Shown here in pieces: positions 60,354 to 64,000 of a stretch of 64,000 bases of DNA. The position numbers were made by a program, and so were the translations under genes. The notes beneath the pieces are model-generated. The model made no database searches. It worked only from the letters and a program-made list of their open reading frames with translations, and had not been told where the DNA came from. Source of the DNA: an uncultured Bacteroidales bacterium (GTDB taxonomy: Bacteria > Bacteroidota > Bacteroidia > Bacteroidales > Paludibacteraceae); the NCBI GenBank assembly GCA_946403215.1, contig CAMIZG010000004.1:7454-71453 (forward strand), written 5' to 3'. Numbering within the stretch: the stretch's first letter is position 1; each line of letters begins with the position of its first letter.

Positions 60354-62030
60354 TTAGTAGCGGAACGATGAGCCACCGACGAACTCGCGGAGGAACGATG
60401 TTGGCGGGATTTCCTTCTCGGGTATTGATTCGAAGTACGAGAGGAACTTGATGAGTCGGTGTGCCTCGGCGTACTCGTCGCAGTACTTAGGCACATCGGC
60501 GAGGATAGGCTCGGCGTGGCGCTTGAGTACAGCGAGCTCGAACAAGAGCGAGGAGTTGAACATGACATCAGCTTCCTCCTGGAAGGGGTAGATCCAACGC
60601 TCCTCACCGCGGCGGACGCTGGGGCAGCGGTTGATGGTATCGCGTGCCGAGTACCCGCGGTAGCGGTAGTCGCGCACAATACGGCGGATGAGGCGCACAT
60701 CAGTTGTGGGGATCCAGTTATGGTTGTCGAGGTTGACCGTGGTTAGTGAGGAAACGTAGATTTTGAAAGTTTTGTCACGCGGTATATTAGGCAGCAATTG
60801 CGGGTTGATGGCGTGCAAGCCTTCCATGATAACAACGGTGTCGTCCTGGAGCTTGAGTTTGTTGCCCTTGAACTCGCGCTTGCCAGTCTCGAAGTTGAAG
60901 GTCGGCAGTTCGATCTCCTTGCCGTCCAACAGGTCAGCTACTTGCTGGCGGAAATACGGCAGGTCGAGTGCCTCGATGTGCTCGAAATCCCAATCGCCGT
61001 TCTCGTCGAGCGGCGTGTCCTCGCGGTTGACGAAGTAGTTGTCCATCGACAGCACGACTGGACGTATGCCGTTGACGAGCATCTGTATGGTCAGACGTTT
61101 GGAGAACGTGGTCTTACCGGATGAGCTTGGACCTGAGATAAGCACGAACTTAGGCATGCCGTTCGGGTGGTTGACAATCATGTCGGCGATCTGCGATATC
61201 TTCTTCTCGTGCAGCGCCTCGGAGAGCTTGATCATCTCGAAGGACTTGTTGCCCTTGCATGCCTTGTTGAACTCGCCTACGTTACTGATCTTGAGGAGCT
61301 TGTTCCAAGCCGTATATTCGTTGAAGATGCCGAACATCTTATCTTGGTTGCAGCTATCCTCGAGCTGTGTGGGGTTGGTGCGGCTGGGTATGCGTAGCAG
61401 GATACCCTCATGGTAGAGCTCGATCTTATAGACATTGATATAGCCTGTTGACGGCATGAGTGCCGAGGTGTAATAGTCTATGAAGTCGTCGATGCGGAAG
61501 TAGCGGCAGTATGGGTTGCCCAGAGTCTGGAACAGCGTGGTCTCGGCATCGTGGCACTCCTGGAAGAGGCGGATGACCTCCTTGGTCTGCTTCTCCTCTG
61601 TGATGATCGGTTTGTCGGCAGCTATGATCTCGTGCATCTTGGCATCGATAGCGCTGAGCACATCGGCGTTGACCTCCATGTTCGTACCGTCGAAGTTACG
61701 GAGCGTGCAGTAGTAGCCCTTGGATATAGGGTGCTCCACGCGTAGGTCGGTCTTGGGATAGAGCGAGCGCACGGCGTATGCCATCACCATCTCCAGCGTG
61801 CGTACATAGCAGCGCATACCTGCAGAGCAAGAGGCATCTACGAACTCGATGTCCTTGGGCTTATATACAAGGAAGGTCAAGTCCTGAATCTTGTAATTGA
61901 CTCGGGCTGCAACCACGGGGTAGGGCAGTTGCAGACCTGTTAGACGATACACATCAAGCAACGCGATGCCACGCTGTATGTCGTAGTATTGCTTGTTGTT
62001 CTTGCAATAGATGGTGACTGTATTCTCCAT
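60354..62030 (-). CDS. Uridine kinase/PRK-family nucleoside kinase with N-terminal TGS-like domain
   Basis: 558 aa. The P-loop LISGPSSSGKTTFSKRL sits in the C-terminal half, and the N-terminal ~250 aa resemble a ThrRS-type TGS/second additional domain. This architecture is common in Bacteroidota and Firmicutes. Confidence 0.75.
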   Translation of the reverse strand: MENTVTIYCKNNKQYYDIQRGIALLDVYRLTGLQLPYPVVAARVNYKIQDLTFLVYKPKDIEFVDASCSAGMRCYVRTLEMVMAYAVRSLYPKTDLRVEHPISKGYYCTLRNFDGTNMEVNADVLSAIDAKMHEIIAADKPIITEEKQTKEVIRLFQECHDAETTLFQTLGNPYCRYFRIDDFIDYYTSALMPSTGYINVYKIELYHEGILLRIPSRTNPTQLEDSCNQDKMFGIFNEYTAWNKLLKISNVGEFNKACKGNKSFEMIKLSEALHEKKISQIADMIVNHPNGMPKFVLISGPSSSGKTTFSKRLTIQMLVNGIRPVVLSMDNYFVNREDTPLDENGDWDFEHIEALDLPYFRQQVADLLDGKEIELPTFNFETGKREFKGNKLKLQDDTVVIMEGLHAINPQLLPNIPRDKTFKIYVSSLTTVNLDNHNWIPTTDVRLIRRIVRDYRYRGYSARDTINRCPSVRRGEERWIYPFQEEADVMFNSSLLFELAVLKRHAEPILADVPKYCDEYAEAHRLIKFLSYFESIPEKEIPPTSFLREFVGGSSFRY

Positions 62031-62076
62031 ATAATCGACGATATTTGAGGGTTATAGTGTTATCTGGCCAAATTGG

Positions 62077-63057
62077 TCAGACCTTAAATTCGCGTGGTAT
62101 AGGGGTCTCGAAGTGCACAACCTGCTCGGTGGCGGGGTGTACGAACTCGAGGATTCGTGCGTGCAGGCAGAGTCGGTCAACGGGCGAGAACGTGTTGCCA
62201 TGACCGTATTTTCTGTCGCCTACTACGGGGTGACCGATTGAGGCGAGATGAACACGGATCTGGTTGGTACGACCGGTCTCAAGGTTAAGTGCTACCAGAG
62301 AAAGAATGTTATCTTCCTCTGTTGCTCTTAGGTCTTTCCCTGCATTCGTTATCGTGTCGTTTACGTCTCGTTTACGTGTCGTTGTCGTGTCGTTTACGTG
62401 TTTGAGCGCTCTTGTGCCTAACACTTCGTAGTGTGTGACGGCTTTCTGTCCGCCGTCATCTACGGGCGAAGAGAAGACCATCGCGTTGCGTTTATCCTCG
62501 GTGAGCCAGGTGGTGATGGTGCCTTTCTGCTCGGGCAGAACACCCTCAGCGAGGGCTATATAGGTGCGCTTGGTGACGAGTTGCCTCCAGTAAGTGCGCA
62601 TATATTCTTGCAGTTGGGGTGTCTTGGCGAAGACGAGCAGTCCGCTTGTCTCGCGGTCAAGGCGATGAACAACGAAGATGTTGTTACGCGGGTGCTGTTT
62701 CCTGACGTACGCTTTGAGTATGGACAGGGCTGTCGTTTCTGCGCTGTCGGGGTTGGTGGGTACGGTCAGCAGACCTTGTTTCTTGTTGACGACCAAAAGG
62801 TAGTCGTCTTCATATACGAGTGAGAGTTTTGGGTGGTGCAGCGTGGTGGTGCCTGCCTGCGAGAGGATCGTTACCTCGTCGCCGGCATTGAGGGCTTGGT
62901 CGCCACGCGTACATATAGCGCCATTCACCTGCACGCGTCTGGAGCGCAGCAGCTGTTTGATGCTGGTGACACTCATACCGCCGAGCTTGGCTTGCATCAA
63001 GTCAAGTAGGGTGGTGGCTGCTGTGGCGCGTAAGATGGTGTTGTTCTTTCGTTTCAT
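62077..63057 (-). CDS. RluA-family 23S rRNA pseudouridine synthase (S4 domain + catalytic domain) with a ~30-aa insertion
   Basis: The ATG at 63057 gives MKRKNNTILR. It has an S4-like N-terminal domain and the catalytic motifs HRLDRETSGLLVFAK and TGRTNQIRVHL. The track ORF's upstream extension overlaps rpmE2 and its terminator and is rejected. Confidence 0.85.
   Translation of the reverse strand: MKRKNNTILRATAATTLLDLMQAKLGGMSVTSIKQLLRSRRVQVNGAICTRGDQALNAGDEVTILSQAGTTTLHHPKLSLVYEDDYLLVVNKKQGLLTVPTNPDSAETTALSILKAYVRKQHPRNNIFVVHRLDRETSGLLVFAKTPQLQEYMRTYWRQLVTKRTYIALAEGVLPEQKGTITTWLTEDKRNAMVFSSPVDDGGQKAVTHYEVLGTRALKHVNDTTTTRKRDVNDTITNAGKDLRATEEDNILSLVALNLETGRTNQIRVHLASIGHPVVGDRKYGHGNTFSPVDRLCLHARILEFVHPATEQVVHFETPIPREFKV
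62358..62401. repeat. Four tandem 11-bp repeats inside the RluA-family ORF
   Basis: CGTTTACGTCT CGTTTACGTGT CGTTGTCGTGT CGTTTACGTGT. The array encodes part of the insertion KHVNDTTTTRKRDVNDT. Confidence 0.75.
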
Positions 63058-63066
63058 GGGTGATGC

Positions 63067-63126
63067 GTGATCCGCCAAACGTGGCGGATGCGGGGTGTTG
63101 TGTGATCCGCCAAACGTGGCGGATGC
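63067..63126. repeat. Two identical 25-bp direct repeats, each a hairpin, in the rpmE2-rluA intergenic region
   Basis: GTGATCCGCCAAACGTGGCGGATGC occurs at 63067-63091 and 63102-63126. Each copy contains the inverted repeat ATCCGCCA/TGGCGGAT with loop AACG. Confidence 0.8.
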
Positions 63127-63130
63127 AATA

Positions 63131-63165
63131 AAAATGAGGCGAGGCGAGCATGGTGCTCGCCTCGC
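63131..63165 (-). terminator. Rho-independent terminator of rpmE2
   Basis: 12-bp stem GCGAGGCGAGCA (63139-63150) / TGCTCGCCTCGC (63154-63165) with a 3-nt loop. It is followed on the minus strand by CTCATTTTTATT. Confidence 0.7.
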
Positions 63166-63172
63166 TGCATAG

Positions 63173-63427
63173 TTAGTTACGCTTGCGGTTGCCGTAGCGT
63201 GACATGAACTTGTCAACGCGACCTGCCGTGTCAACCAACTTCGACTTACCAGTGTAGAACGGGTGCGAAGTGTTGGAGATCTCCAACTTGATCAGGGGAT
63301 AGGTCTGACCGTCGATTTCGATGGTGTCCTTCGTGTTAGCGCAAGAGCGGCTGAAGAACTGTGTGCCATCCGACATATCTTTGAAAACTACTACGCGGTA
63401 GTTCTCGGGATGAATTCCTGCTTTCAT
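63173..63427 (-). CDS. rpmE2: 50S ribosomal protein L31 type B
   Basis: 84 aa: MKAGIHPENYRVVVFKD...SHPFYTGK. It lacks the CxxC zinc motif, which marks the type B paralogue. Confidence 0.9.
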   Translation of the reverse strand: MKAGIHPENYRVVVFKDMSDGTQFFSRSCANTKDTIEIDGQTYPLIKLEISNTSHPFYTGKSKLVDTAGRVDKFMSRYGNRKRN

Positions 63428-63451
63428 AATTTAAACTTCTTTAATTGTTAA

Positions 63452-63904
63452 TTACTCAGCAGCAGCTTCAGCTACTACGTTAATCTTAATTGTTGCCTTA
63501 ACCTCGCGGTGCAGACGTGCTGCAGCCTCGTACTCGCCGAGCTCTTTGATAGGCTCAACGGTGATGACCTTCTTGTCCACGTCGATCTCCTGAGCTTTGA
63601 GTGCGTCAGCGATCTGCTGTGTGGTAACCGTACCGAAGATCTTGCCGTCCTCGTTAGCCTTAACGGGTACGGTGATAACGGTGTTAGCGAGTTTCTCTGC
63701 CAGTGCCTGAGCGTCAGCCAGAAGCTTGGCGAGCTTGTGAGCCTGCTGCTTCAGGTTCTCGGCGAGTTGCTTGCGGTTGCTCTCGTTGGCGATGATAGCC
63801 AACTTGTTGGGCAGCAAGTAGTTACGTCCGTAACCGTCGCGTACCTTAACGATATCGTTCTTGTAGCCCAGGTTGGCTACGTCTTGTATCAGAATGATTT
63901 CCAT
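63452..63904 (-). CDS. rplI: 50S ribosomal protein L9
   Basis: 150 aa: MEIILIQDVANLGYKNDIVKVRDGYGRNYLLP, followed by a long helix and a C-terminal domain. Confidence 0.9.
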   Translation of the reverse strand: MEIILIQDVANLGYKNDIVKVRDGYGRNYLLPNKLAIIANESNRKQLAENLKQQAHKLAKLLADAQALAEKLANTVITVPVKANEDGKIFGTVTTQQIADALKAQEIDVDKKVITVEPIKELGEYEAAARLHREVKATIKINVVAEAAAE

Positions 63905-63932
63905 AATTTCTCTCTGTGTTAAAGGTTAAACA

Positions 63933-64000
63933 TTATTTCATCATGTCTGTTACGTAAGGCAGCAATGCCAAGTGGCGAGCTTTCTTAACAGCCTGAGCAA
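63933..64000 (-). CDS. rpsR: 30S ribosomal protein S18, C-terminal 21 codons (partial at right edge)
   Basis: Own translation of the minus strand: ...AQAVKKARHLALLPYVTDMMK, with stop TAA at 63933-63935. This fits the usual rpsR-rplI order. Confidence 0.7.
   Translation of the reverse strand, partial: AQAVKKARHLALLPYVTDMMK

Noticed and set aside
60314-60700. N-terminal extension of the 1113-aa track ORF upstream of the regulator
   Set aside because: The extension overlaps the 3' end of the uridine-kinase-like gene in another frame and translates to Ser/Ala/Thr/Arg-rich nonsense. The ATG at 60313 gives a proper signal peptide (MKRLHSILLLFLITCSPAINA).
63067-63126. Possible CRISPR array
   Set aside because: There are only two repeat copies with a 10-nt spacer and no cas genes in the window. 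Repeat length and spacing do not fit CRISPR.
63058-63234. N-terminal extension of the 385-aa track ORF for the RluA-family gene
   Set aside because: It would run through the rpmE2 terminator, the twin hairpin repeats and the 3' end of rpmE2. The ATG at 63057 gives a normal S4-domain N-terminus.
1-64000. Search for mobile elements, prophage remnants, toxin-antitoxin or known defence systems (restriction-modification, Abi, CBASS, retrons, etc.)
   Set aside because: No integrase, transposase, recombinase, methyltransferase, nuclease/helicase or reverse-transcriptase-like ORF was recognised. tRNA genes are present but have no flanking direct repeats or integrase. The window is fully accounted for by metabolic, envelope and housekeeping genes.

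Overview
Chromosomal segment from a Bacteroidota genome, Prevotellaceae/Bacteroidales-like by gene content, SusC/SusD pairs and TAnnTTTG -7 boxes. It is about 95% coding, and every gene except cstA lies on the minus strand. Content in order:

- **1-13439:** a dextran-type polysaccharide utilisation locus (PUL). It runs SusR-like regulator, SusC, SusD, SusE/F-like binder, two tandem GH66 dextranases flanking a tiny T9SS-CTD protein, then a GH97 alpha-glucosidase that runs off the left edge.
- **13474-21907:** housekeeping genes (trpS, M23 peptidase, GT2, MBL hydrolase, yidC, tRNA-Asp, tRNA-Val, cstA).
- **21970-27479:** a four-gene envelope operon. It encodes a porin-like outer-membrane protein (OMP), an imelysin-like protein, a DUF1111-type di-haem cytochrome c and a very short CcsBA-like haem lyase.
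- **27768-30121:** three small genes plus a candidate 41-aa ORF.
- **30168-60313:** a ~30 kb co-directional beta-1,3/1,6-glucan PUL. It holds a propeller/YYY-HTH regulator, GH81, SusC, SusD, a surface glycan-binding protein (SGBP), three GH16, GH128, a GPH/MFS transporter, a ~1075-aa cytoplasmic phosphorylase-like protein, GH30 and three discoidin/Big_2 surface proteins.
- **60354-64000:** a uridine-kinase-like protein, an RluA-family synthase, rpmE2, rplI and the rpsR 3' end.

I found no CRISPR array, transposase, integrase, prophage or recognisable defence genes.

Most notable observations:
1. A ~25-aa C-terminal tag is shared by five non-lipoprotein PUL proteins.
2. A 42-bp heptanucleotide-phased element is embedded in three ORFs.
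3. An import-plus-phosphorolysis module sits inside the glucan PUL.
4. An 11-bp-phased triple repeat lies just upstream of that module's large gene.
5. The haem/imelysin operon carries its own miniature CcsBA.

All family assignments rest on motifs read by eye and need HMM or BLAST confirmation.
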